64,000 nt of DNA, taken from the NCBI RefSeq assembly GCF_018977255.1, contig NW_024704743.1:91142001-91206000 (forward strand). The letters are read 5' to 3'. The notes under the pieces were generated by a model, which was not told where the DNA came from, did not search any database, and was given only the letters and a program-made list of their open reading frames with translations. The translations under genes and the position numbers were made by a program. Positions 1 to 10,843 of the stretch are shown piece after piece; positions within the stretch are counted from its first letter, which is position 1; the number at the start of each line of letters is the position of its first letter. The stretch is from Callorhinchus milii. Taxonomy: Eukaryota.

Positions 1-256
1 CCAGTTAGCGATCTGCCAATTGACTAACAACCAGGTGCCTGCATTCTGCTAGGTAAACAGTGGCTTGAGGAGTAAGGAAACGTGCCTAAGGTTTCGCCCT
101 GTCAGGAATCAAACCCGGGAACTCTCGCTTATGAGGAGAGTGCTCTAACTAATAACCCATGACAGATATCTGGAGTTCCTGTTCCAATTCATTATCAAGA
201 TAACCTGTTAGAAATTACTATACATTGCGGATCAGATTTCACATTAACATTCCAAC

Positions 257-352
257 CTTCAGGAAAACACCAACAACAGCCAAACCATCCGGTTCGATGG
301 CAGCGTTGGCGACATCCGCATACTTTTCAGAGTTCCAGTGCACCAGATGAAG
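257..352 (-). CDS. Carbonic anhydrase exon 4
   Basis: 96 nt, CAG acceptor, AAG|GT donor; [32 protein letters not shown] with zinc ligand H119. Confidence 0.96.
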
Positions 353-1544
353 CTGGAAACAGAATGATATATTAAAAAAACTCAGTTACACATCTTAAGA
401 CACATCAAATCCAAACCAAAATATAAGCAGCTACCAATTCTCAGATCCCTGCTGCTTCACAGGATATCCTGTAAAGTGACTATTTTGCAAGTGAATTCGG
501 CAGCTAACTTGCACAAAATAATGTCCCACAAACAGCCATGAAATTAATGACTAATTTTATCTGGGGTTTTTTTTTGACCAGTTCACCAGGGGAAATTCCT
601 TCTCTTTTTGAATAATACCATGATATCTTTAACATACATTTATACAGCCAGGCTGGATCTCAGTTGAACATCTCATCCGAAGAATGTAGCACATGTGTAG
701 CACTGTACTGGAGTGTCAGCATAGACAGTGCAAGTTCAAAGTACAGACACGTGGGCTTTAACCCACAACTTTCTGACTTAGAGACGAGACTGTTACCAAC
801 TGAACTAGGCTGACACAGATGCATGTACTGCAGTTTATTCAGTTCCAATGGGGAATGCTTGGGAATTGATTACAGTAAAGTCCTGAATAAATCAAACTCG
901 TCATCACAAGTTATCTGAAGCAGAGTTAGGCATATGTCTAAATACATAACGGCGTCCATGATATTGACAGCATGATGACTTAAGTGGTGCTGACAAGTTA
1001 AAACAGGGTCAAGGTATTAGGAGGTTATTCTAATTTAATAGCGAGGGGCAAGTTTGCAGCGAATCAGTGATACTGAACAATAATGGAGTGTAATGTGCAC
1101 TTAGTGATTTTATTGTTTTTAAATCACTTAGTGATTTAAAAACAATAATTCAGTTGAGGGTTAAGATAATAATAATCCTTACATTTGATATAGACCTCTA
1201 AAGCATTTCACAGGATATACTCAAAATGGTTTGATTGTGTATTTTGTGGGCGAACACAGCAGCCAGTTGCACACAGCAATGTCCCACAAGCAGCCATGGA
1301 GTAATTTTATTTGGGAGATTTATTGGTCAGAACGCTGGGAGAAATGCCCTTCTCTTTTTAATAGGACCATGGGATCTTTTACGTTGAGGGTTCAGGTGAC
1401 ATTATAAATTCTGAAGCTGAAACTCAATCCATTTGTGCTCGTCATCTATACCTTTAATTATCAGCCTCAGCTCAGAGAAATGCCACAATCGCTATTTATA
1501 ATGTACACAAGCTCCTAAGTGTTCTCAACATTGCTTTAGTTGCT

Positions 1545-1865
1545 GGAGTCCTGTAGCTCAGTGGTTAGAGCACTCGCTTTGCAAGCGAGAGACCCGAGTT
1601 CAATTCCAGGCAGAGGGCGAAACCTTGGGCAAGTTTCCTTACTCCACACAGAGCCTAATAATAATCCCTCCAAAACCCAAAACAATAATAAATTGGTCAT
1701 TTTCAATCTACGACTGTTTGTGGGACATTGCTGTGCGCAATTGGCTGCCGCGTTCTCCCACAAATATACAGTCAATTCACTTTAGTGTGTTCTGTGAAGT
1801 GCTTTGGGACGTCCTCCCGACATGAAAAGCGCTATATCAAATGCAAGGATTATTGTTATTATTAT
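1545..1865 (+). mobile_element. tRNA(Ala)-derived Deu-domain SINE with L2-type tail (short subfamily)
   Basis: A box TAGCTCAGTGG, CTCGC-TTTGCAA-GCGAG anticodon arm, B box, Deu core TGTGGGACATTGCTGTGCGCAATTGGCTGCCGCGTT, L2-like tail and (ATT)n. Confidence 0.92.
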
Positions 1866-2876
1866 AGTTACTAATATATTGCTTAATATACACTGTATTC
1901 AATTATTTGCCACACTCTGGAATCTCTGAAATGCTACGTTAACAGTGTAAATCTGGGCTAGATTAAATGTGGTTTTACTCTTAAAACGATGGTTTTACTA
2001 TCTGAGTTTGTGTGAAATTTTTGATAAAATCATGAATTGAGTTTTAATTAGAAACCTGATTTTATACAGTAATTAGTGTCAAGAAAAACCTTCATCCAAG
2101 CTAAGATTGCATTTAAGAATTTTGTAAAATTCTGCACGATCTTAAATTTTAAGAACCCACAACTTGCATTTATTTATATAGACATCACGTATGATGTGTC
2201 TGTACTCAGATGCCGAGCACAAGGGAGAAGTGAATGGAGGTGCAATTAAACAGGTGGGTTTTAAGACTGAAATTAAACACAGAGAGGGTGCGAAACAAGC
2301 GAGAGTTTGAGGCTAGGAAATAGTATTTGAAAGCTCAGCGACTCACGGTGGTGCAGAGGGAGCAGGCTGAAGGCCCGCCTTAGTCAAGCACATGAGGCAA
2401 ATTGAAGAGTGAGATGAAAGAAAAAAAATGGCATGAAGCTGATAGGACCTGAAGGGATTTATAGGTAATAATCATAAAGGAAAAGACACATTAGAAATTT
2501 AGGGGTTCAGGCAGATCAAATAATAAAATGCAAACTTAAGCGTCATTGTTTAATAGAATAGTAGGCTTTCTGTTATACGGTTAAGGATATATTAAGATAA
2601 ATTATCAGCCTTGTCAGCATGCACATACATTAATAATCCTTACATTTGATATAGCGCCTCATCACATCTTCAAGACATCACAAAGCACTTCACACAATAC
2701 TTACTGCTAGGTAAGCAGAGACGTGTGGAATAAGGAAACTTACACAACATTTTGCCCTGCTAGCATTCAAACCCAGGTTTCTCGGTTGCGAGGTAAGTCC
2801 TCTAACAACTGAGCTACAGGACTCCATGGGATAATGTCCAAGGTTCAAAGGCATACACACAACAGCACACACTTAC

Positions 2877-2995
2877 TTCTGCAGCAAATGATGCTCCATC
2901 AACTAAATGTTCAGAGCCACGACCATCACAAGAGCCCCAGTGAAAATGGAACTGACGCAGCCTGTAAGATCCAGTCACAGGGCCACCCTTCAGCA
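2877..2995 (-). CDS. Carbonic anhydrase exon 3
   Basis: 119 nt, CAG acceptor, GTAAGT donor; [40 protein letters not shown] with zinc ligands H94/H96 and E106. Confidence 0.97.
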
Positions 2996-3059
2996 CTGTC
3001 ACAGACAGAAAACATCAATGTGAAATTGACACCCAGTGTAATGCAAGTCTATCATTCAC

Positions 3060-3960
3060 AACAACAAGATTACATTTGTATAGCATCTTTCATGTCAGGA
3101 GGACATCCCAAGGTGCTGGACAGTGTACAGCATTTCAGACCCAAGCAGGGTTCTGGGTGGGGGGAAGGCATGGTCGAAGAGGAGGGTTTTGAGGCAGGAC
3201 TTGAAGGAGGCTAAGGAGGGGGCAAGGCGGAGTGACTGGGGGATGGAATTCCAGAGGTTGGGGATAGCGTGGCTGAAGACTCTCCCGTCAATGGTGGGTC
3301 GGGTGGGTCAGGAGCAGGTGAGTTAATAGGGGGTTAGGAGTTCGCAGAGGTAGGGTGGGGAGAGGCCATGGAGGGTTTTGTAGGTGAGGACCAGGATCTT
3401 GAACTGGATCCTCTGAAGGATAGGGAGCCAATGGAGTCAGGCGAGAATTGGGGAGATGGGGTCACGGAATTTGCTGCGGCAGAGTTCTGGATTATCTGCA
3501 GCCTGTGGAGGGAGGAGTTGGGAAGGCCGACAAACAGGGGATTGCATAGTTGAGCCTGGATGTGATGAAGGCATGAACAAGAGTTTCAGTGGCCTGAGAG
3601 GTGAGGTAGTGGCAAAGTTGGGCAATGGTACAGAGGTGAGGGAAGGCAGAGCGGGTCATGGCTTGGATGTGGGGAAGAAAAGACAGTTGAGGGTTGAACA
3701 AGACACGTAGGTTCCTGACTGGCTTGGTGAGTTGTAGTGTGCAACCATGGAGGTTGATGTTGCCAGAGCCTGAGGTGCTGAGGCGCTGGCGCGAGCCAAT
3801 CAGGAGGGCCTCAGTCTTGTTCACATTCAACTGTAAGAAATTTGCCCTCATCCAGGACTTGACGTCTTGACAGGCAGTCTGTCAGGACAGCAGTGGTCCT
3901 GGGGTTGATGGTGGAAGCAGAATGATAGAGTTGGGTATCATCCGCATATATGTGGAAGTT
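3060..3960 (-). mobile_element. L2 LINE 3' fragment
   Basis: [28 protein letters not shown], plus L2 tail and (GTT)n. Confidence 0.9.
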
Positions 3961-5300
3961 ATTAGCACATATTAGTTTGCTAATGGCTCGTTATAAGAGC
4001 AAAGGAAGGCCTGGTCCATTAAGTCTGCAGTCTATTGGGAGAAATAAATTTCTACAAGAGGAGAGATTAGGATCTTTAACATCCATATGAACAGGGAGAC
4101 AGAAGCTCAGTTTAACATCTTGTTCGTAAGACAAGACCTCCCACAATACAGTACATCCCCAGTACTGCATTAGAGCATCAGTCTAGCTGGTGAACTCAAG
4201 TCCCAATGTGTAGGACTTAAACCCAGAAACTTCTGACTCAGAGGGAGAGGAACGCAGTGTTGATAATCAGTGCTGATTTTCCCAATTTTCAACAACATGG
4301 TCTCAAGCTCAGAAGACAAAAGGCAACCCTGCAATTTAGCTTCAAGTCCAAATACAAAGTCACTACACTTTATATTTCCTATTAGCATGAAAGGCACTAT
4401 ATACATGCAATTTCCTGTTGTTGTATTAGGTCCAGTGAAGCAGCTGAGACATTTAAGATGCAACAAGGTGCTATATTAAAAGTAGTTTACAGAGAGAATG
4501 ATGAATCCAGTATGTGAAATTAACTACTCAAAAAGGTTGTAGAAGCTGATGGTATCAGCAGATATAAAGGGAATCAGATAGCTTTTTGGTGACAAAACCA
4601 ATTGAACAGTACGAGATAGTGGTTTAGGATAACTTTTCTTTTACTTTGCAACCAGCCAGATATACGCAATGGTCTTTTCTGGTACCGAGAAAATAAACCT
4701 AGAACTATACTTTCAGCTACGTCAAGAGAGCAAAACAAAAGGGCTGCAAAGGGCAATTTCAGGACAGACCCCAGAAAGCATTTCTTTACATAATAGTAAT
4801 TGCTGGGGTTACCAGGAAGGGCGTTTGAGGCTGAAACATTGAACTCATTTAAGAAACAGCTTAATGTTGCAATAGAATTGAGTATTGCGGAAGGAGATCA
4901 AATGGGCCAAAGGGGCCACTGAACCCCTCTTATGATCTGTAACCCTAGTTACATTAATCTTGACATTTGTGTCTGCAATGAATATGTTTAATCCTTTTGC
5001 TGGAAGATGATGCCTCTCAAGATATATGTAGGAGTGAAAAGAGAGCAGTTAGTTTACAAAGGATTACAACGAAATTAAAATGTCAGGCATGCAGAGAGGA
5101 ACATTGCAATGGTATCAGTAATAAAAAAAATCCTTGCATTTGATATAGTACCTTTCATGCCATTGCGACGTCTCAAACCACTTCCCAGGATTTTTGAGAA
5201 ATACAATATTGAAGTGAAAGCTAATGACTATCTTTTAAGTGAAAGCAGCAGTCAACGTGCACACAAGCAATGTTCCACAAACAGTAATGAAGTGCATCAG

Positions 5301-5731
5301 CCTGGCTCAGCTGGTAGCATTCTCACCTCAGAGTCAGAAGGTTGTAACTTCAAACCCTGCCATCGGGACTCGGAACTCATATAGTCTAAGATGACACTCA
5401 GTGCAGCGTTGGGGCTGCACTGAATTGTTGGAGGTGCGTCCTTCGGATGGGACATTAAACCAAGATCCTGTCTGCTTATTCAAATGGCCGTTAAAAATCC
5501 AATGGCACTATTCGAAAAAAGTTTCTTCCAGTGTTTGACCAAACAATCCCCCAAAATAAAAAAAAAATGATCATTCACTTCATAGCTGTTGGCGGGACAT
5601 TGCTGTGCACAAATTGGCTGCTGCGTTGGCACAAAACAGTCACCATACATTAAAGTATATCCTGTGAAATATTTTGGGACATTTTCCTGACATGAGATGC
5701 ACTATGCCAAATGCAAGGACATTTTATTATT
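5301..5731 (+). mobile_element. Older Deu SINE family (SacSINE1-like head); other copies at about 460-815(-), 4070-4260(-), 41515-41921(+), 52113-52494(+), 58720-58991(+), 63210-63510(-)
   Basis: TGGCTCAG.TGGTAGCA.TCTCACCTC.GAGTCAGAAGGTTGT head, TTAAACCAAG.TCC middle, shared Deu core and tail. Confidence 0.8.
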
Positions 5732-7331
5732 GTTTTTATAAGTGAATGACCAATTTCATTTGTTGATTATTGGCCAGGACGCAGGGAAAAACTCCCATCT
5801 CTTTTCAGACAGGACCTTAGTTTAACATATCATCTGAAGCACAGTACTTCTGACAACACAGCACTTCCCCAGCACTGCATGGGAGTGACCGTCTAGATCA
5901 GCGGTAGCCAATCTGTGGTCCATAGAGCCATCAAGAAACCCTCCCCGCCCCGAACATTTGCATGAGTTGAGGCAAGTCTGCGTTTGATCTGTAGGGTTTT
6001 TATTTTTTTGTGATTGAATACGTTTTGATTCATTATAGCATAAATTAAGAAATAAATCATCAAGAATATGTATTTTGTTGACTGACCATAAAGGTTGGCC
6101 ATCACTGGCTGAGACTGTGAGCTTAAAGTCCTGATGCAATGCTTGAATCCACAACCTTCTGATTCAACCTACAACCTTCTGACTCAGAGTGCTACCAAAT
6201 GAGCCGGGCTGACACCTAGTATACATTTTAATACTGACCAAAAAAAAACACACCATGATAAATAGACTTCTACTCACCAAACTAGTTCGCCCTGTACTTT
6301 ATATACAATTTGCCCTATCAGGATTTACCCATTTCATTTAAGCTCCAAGAAGAAGATTTTAAAAACATCAGAAATAAGCAGAAATAAGCCTCTCCCCCCC
6401 ACCCTCAACGTTAATTAAAACATGGATCAACAGACCCCTACAGGAGAGTGTCACGTTAATGGGGCACAGGCTGGTGGATCCTGCAGCTGGGGCTCATTGA
6501 GGATTGGTGTTGAGTAGAAATATTCAGGGCTGGAAGACTATTGCAGGTCATCTGGCAAATACTGGAGCAAAACACACACGACTTCTCTCATTCCCAATAC
6601 CTAACAGCTGTGCAATTTCCTCACCTTCTCAGGCACTGTTTAACCTGAAGTACCCAACCCCATCTAACACACACACCACCAGGATTATTAACATTTAGCA
6701 ACTTGTTCCAAAGCTGCAGACCCAGTGCTTGATGTTTGCCTTAATTAAGAGCCTGGGGTTCCCCCCTCACTGCCTGCAAAGGGTTTTCTTGAAGTACACA
6801 GACCCAGAGCAGCTCTACTTACAGCCTGGTTTACAATCCCACACATCCATGCTCCCCCCCCCCACCTCAACACTGTTGATCCTCTTGACATTTCAAGCCA
6901 GTCCCCCACCTGAGGCCAGGCAGCAGATAAAGGCTGCACTAACTAACAACCATGTGATCTCACCTTACACTGAGATACTTTAATCTCTGAGCTCCGGAGG
7001 GGGGGGTAATCCAACCAGCATTTTACATACAATACGGGGGGGGATTCAATGCACATTTGAAATATAATGCGAGCGGTGGTGGGGGGGGCAGGTAATTCAA
7101 CATGCATTTCAAATACAAGACGAGGAGGGGAGAGGTGGTGTGTGAATGCAATGTGCATTTTAAATAACATTGAGTGGGGGGAGAGAGAGAGAGAGAGGGA
7201 AAGAGATGTTGGAGCTGCAGCCATGACCTTGTTGCACGATGTGCACCTGGAGAAGGGGAGTGAACAGCAATGCAATGACTACTGTTAGTGAGTGAGAGTG
7301 AGAGAGTGACTGCAGCCTCACATGCACTCAC

Positions 7332-7532
7332 CGGACTGATCCGTGGTATCATCGAAGTCCACTTGGATCGAGTGCCCGTTGTTGGCGATGGTCTTGGAGC
7401 TGCGGGGGTCGTACTTCAACACCAGGGGCTGCAGAGTCGGGTCGCGCTCGGTCTCCTCATTTCGGATGTCGACGGGTGACTGGCGGCTGCCGTCCTTGGC
7501 CACAGGGAAGCTCTGGTGCCAAGAGGAGGGAC
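7332..7532 (-). CDS. Carbonic anhydrase exon 2
   Basis: CAG|GT acceptor and G|GTGAG donor; encodes GPSSWHQSFPVAKDGSRQSPVDI...NNGHSIQVDFDDTTDQS, including the His64 proton shuttle. Confidence 0.96.
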
Positions 7533-8029
7533 CTGCTCCCGGCACAGACCACAAACACACGCTCTGAAACTCACTCACTGACTTGGGTCGGTCCACAATC
7601 CTTTTTTTAAAAAAATTATTTTTGCACGACTTTGCACGGTCTTCCAAAAAAATAATTAAAAAAAGTGCATTTTTTTTCCCCTTCCCCCCCCCCCACCCAC
7701 AAAAATAATGGGGGGGAAAAAAATGGAATTCGGTTTACAAAAAAAAGTTTTTTCCAATTTTGTAAACAGAAATGCATTAGCCTTTTGGTTCCAAGATTTT
7801 TTTTAAAAAAACACGCGCACACACACACACACGCAGGTTGTTGCATTTTCTGACATTAAAGGATTATTATTGTTATCAACACTCACTCACCAAATGTTTG
7901 GGCAAAGCTTTGCAGTTGTAGACATTGCCAATCAGAAATGGCATTAACTACTGTAGGTCTGATCCCTGTATCCCCCCCTCCAGACACATACACTTTTTTT
8001 TTGGGGGGGGGGGCAGCTGAGAGTCTACA

Positions 8030-8560
8030 AAATGCAACAACCGATCACTATCCTTAAGAACTATACAAACCAAATTTTATGCATCCCACCTACACATGGA
8101 AATTCCCGAATTATGTATTGGAATGGAATGCGCACTCTCTCCCTGGAGAAAGCCATCCGAATGACCTAATTCCCCAAAGTATTGGGGCACAAGTTAGCGA
8201 GAGCCAAGGCTTGGGGACCCGAGAGTGTGGGTTAGGGCAACCGCTAAAACTGCACAGTTTGCCACTGAGAGCGTTGCCCGGCACGCTTTCCCCTGCTTGT
8301 GCACATACCCCTTAGGACTTTGGCGTGCAGGGTTAACAGGAGCTGAGTGGGATGACTCCCTGCCCCCAGTAACTGGTCTGCTGTGCCGTCATCTGCAGTG
8401 CCCTGGACTACCATGGACCCAACCGGCTCTGGAACCGGACCACCGAGACCGCCCCGGAGGGTTGGCTCGATTTTGACATTCCGTTGCCAAACGTGTCGCT
8501 TTGGAGCCAGATCGGCTCTCAGGAGACGCTGCTTTCCTCCCGCAAAGGATATCCCCACCG
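8030..8560 (-). mobile_element. 3' end of the same unusual LINE family, in CA intron 1
   Basis: Reverse complement aligns with 13590-14100 (GGGGCAGGGAGTCATCCCACTCAGCTCCTGTTAACCC; GGGTCCCCAAGCCTTGGCTC; TTTCCATGTGTAGGTGGGATGC). Confidence 0.85.
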
Positions 8561-9012
8561 TTAACGGGAGTAAATCAAAATGGAACGAAATACGGAAGCA
8601 TTTGAGGGGAAATTCTCTTCCCCCCACTCCCACTCCCCCCCCATCACTGATCTCAATCTGAATACAAAAAAGTAAAGCATTTTTAGCAATAACCAAATGC
8701 ACCCCCCAAAATAACTGGCCTTTGATCACCAAAAGTCATGTCCTTCCAACCCCTGCATTTTTGAGCTGCATCTAAAAAGAAAAAAACCCCAAACCATTAA
8801 GCTCTCGGTGCAAAGCTTAAGAGCCTTTTCCGCAGACGAGTGGCGAACACCCACAGCAGCTGCGAAAAAGTTCACACATCGCAAATACTTCCACCCTTAG
8901 GACTTTCCGTCCACACTCCCTCCATCCATCAGTGCTGCACCCGGGAAGCCACAGACTCCTCTGTCAGGAGTGAGCGTCGGGTCCAGGGTCAGGGATCGAG
9001 GGAATCTCTCAC

Positions 9013-9046
9013 CGTTGTCCACATCATATCCCCAATGTGAGGACAT
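9013..9046 (-). CDS. Carbonic anhydrase exon 1 (MSSHWGYDVDN-G)
   Basis: ATG at 9046-9044, WGY motif, 34-nt coding exon ending G|GTGAG (phase 1), as in cytosolic CAs. Confidence 0.95.
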
Positions 9047-9124
9047 TGTCGCTGTGAGTCGGGATGGAGGTCGGGTCGGTCGGTCGGTCAGTCGGGGGCT
9101 GCGGCAGAGCAGTGGGTATCTCGT

Positions 9125-9190
9125 CGGCAGTCAGTTTTGGTGGATCAGCTTTTTTTATAAGATTGCAAAACTCCACATCATTGGATCCGG
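9125..9190 (-). promoter_or_regulatory. Putative CA core promoter (TATA box and CCAAT box)
   Basis: Minus-strand TATAAAA at 9159-9153 and CCAAT at 9184-9180, about 110-140 nt upstream of the ATG in a CpG-rich stretch; TSS inferred near 9130. Confidence 0.6.
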
Positions 9191-9317
9191 AGGCTTTGCT
9201 TGTGTCAGCGACAGTGCGTCAAGGGGTGGTGCTAAAAGCAACCAGGAGCTAAAGAGAGGGGAGGGAGAGGGGGGGGAGAGAGAAAAAAAAATGTGGTTGA
9301 GAAGAGTGTTCCCCGGG

Positions 9318-9357
9318 GTCTGTGTCTGTGTGTCTGTGTCTGTGTGTGTGTGTGTGT
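9318..9357. repeat. (TG)n/(TCTGTG)n microsatellite upstream of the CA promoter
   Basis: Directly visible. Confidence 0.9.
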
Positions 9358-10843
9358 GGTTACTGTTGCAGGTTCCAGGGATCACAGCTGAAGCCGCCAC
9401 ACACCGGGAGCCGTGCAGACACCTGCCCCGCATCCTGTTTTACATTCAAAATAAATGCACGGGGGTTGCATTGCGAGAGGCTGCAATTGCACCTTTTTTT
9501 TTTCCTTCTCTCTCCCCTTCCCCCCCCACCCTGCAATGCCGACTATCCGCATTTTGAGGTGAAACCTGCCCGGTTTGACCAGTGCACATTCCACAGCAAA
9601 TACATAAATCGTTTTAACGCTGTTTTTGGGGGCGCGCTATTCATCAGCAGATTCCTCCACTCCACAACTAATAGGTTTTGTTATATTTTCCACTGCACCA
9701 CATACACAGGACTTGTGTGTTGACGAGCAAACGATGCTTGTATCCCCCCCTCCAGCCTCACACCACGAGCTGCCGCTGCTTTCAATCCATAAATAAATTA
9801 ATGTTGGGTGTCGCATCTTCCGTGATCTGCATTGCTTCCTTTTGTGCAGGTTTTTCTCTCTAAAGTGCCCTGAATAATACTAACCACCTTCTCCAAATGT
9901 AAGGCACGTTCTGCCTCAATTAGCTGCAAAGTGGGTCACCCCCCCCCCCACCTCCCCACACCCCCCTCCCCCAGCAAATGGTTTGAAGATTGGAGGGTCC
10001 AAAGTATCATTCACTTCATTCAACAGTCCCAATTTGACCAAATGTTCTGATGGGGTGGGGATTGGCTTTTGATGGGGATTAAGATCACTAAATGAAGTTG
10101 TGTGCAAATACTGCACTTTGTTTGATTGCTTCATCTGTTTGGGATGGATCCAGACTTGCACACCTACTTACTGTCTCACTAGTGTATCGATGACTCAGGG
10201 GATTGGGTTAATTGGACAGCTTTTGCCAACAGTCACTACACTTTGCAGTAAATCCTGTGAAGTTCTTTGAGGTGTCCTCCTGACCTGAAAGACTATATCA
10301 AATGCAAGGATTGCTTTTTTAATTAAGTGCTATCACCACCACCTACCATCACCCTGGGATTGAGGAAATGAGTGGAATGTCATTGCTTTACTGCCATCTT
10401 GAGGTGTGAGTATTGCTTGCACTACTGTTCCCCCACCACCAAATGCTTTTCCTCTCTTATTAAGTACATAAACTAATAAAACTTCCAGTATTTCTAGAAA
10501 TAAAGAATAGCACCAAGATTTGAGATTGGGTACAATGAAATTTGTAATTAAATATATATACACATATAGATCTATAAATCATTCAGTCAAATCGTTGGAA
10601 AAAGTAAACAAAGTAAGTTACACCCCCAAATGTTCCTATCAGATACAATTTTTTTTAACGCTGGGTTAGTATTATAACAATCGCAGTAACTTATTTTGAG
10701 TTTAATATTGCTAAGATCTTATTTGAGGATGGGAGAGAGGATAGTGGATGTATAGTAAGATAGGGAAGATAGTGGTTGCTTACACAATTCTAATTTGTGG
10801 AACCACTGGGCCCTTTTGCATTTTGTAGAAATGGAAGTAAAAG

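Larger units (their letters stand above)
257..9046 (-). other. Gene span (partial, continues off left edge): cytosolic alpha-carbonic anhydrase of the CA1/2/3/13 clade (fish CAc/CA17-like); CDS join(9013..9046,7332..7532,2877..2995,257..352,...)
   Basis: Four exons with GT-AG sites and matching phases (34, 201, 119, 96 nt) give MSSHWGYDVDNGPSSWHQSFPVAKDGSRQSPVDI...NNGHSIQVDF...QFHFHWG...GSEH...ELHLVHWN...[11 protein letters not shown]. The exact paralogue cannot be assigned by eye. Confidence 0.95.

Noticed and set aside
1545..1620. tRNA-Ala(TGC)-like sequence here and at more than ten other sites
   Set aside because: The acceptor stem does not pair, and every copy continues into a Deu core and L2-type tail; these are SINE heads, not tRNA genes
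8244..8732. 162-aa minus-strand ORF in CA intron 1
   Set aside because: Corresponds to the C-terminal and 3' remnant of the unusual LINE, not a host exon
8970..9557. 195-aa plus-strand ORF
   Set aside because: Antisense to CA exon 1 and promoter, runs through microsatellites, has a non-ATG start and no recognisable domain
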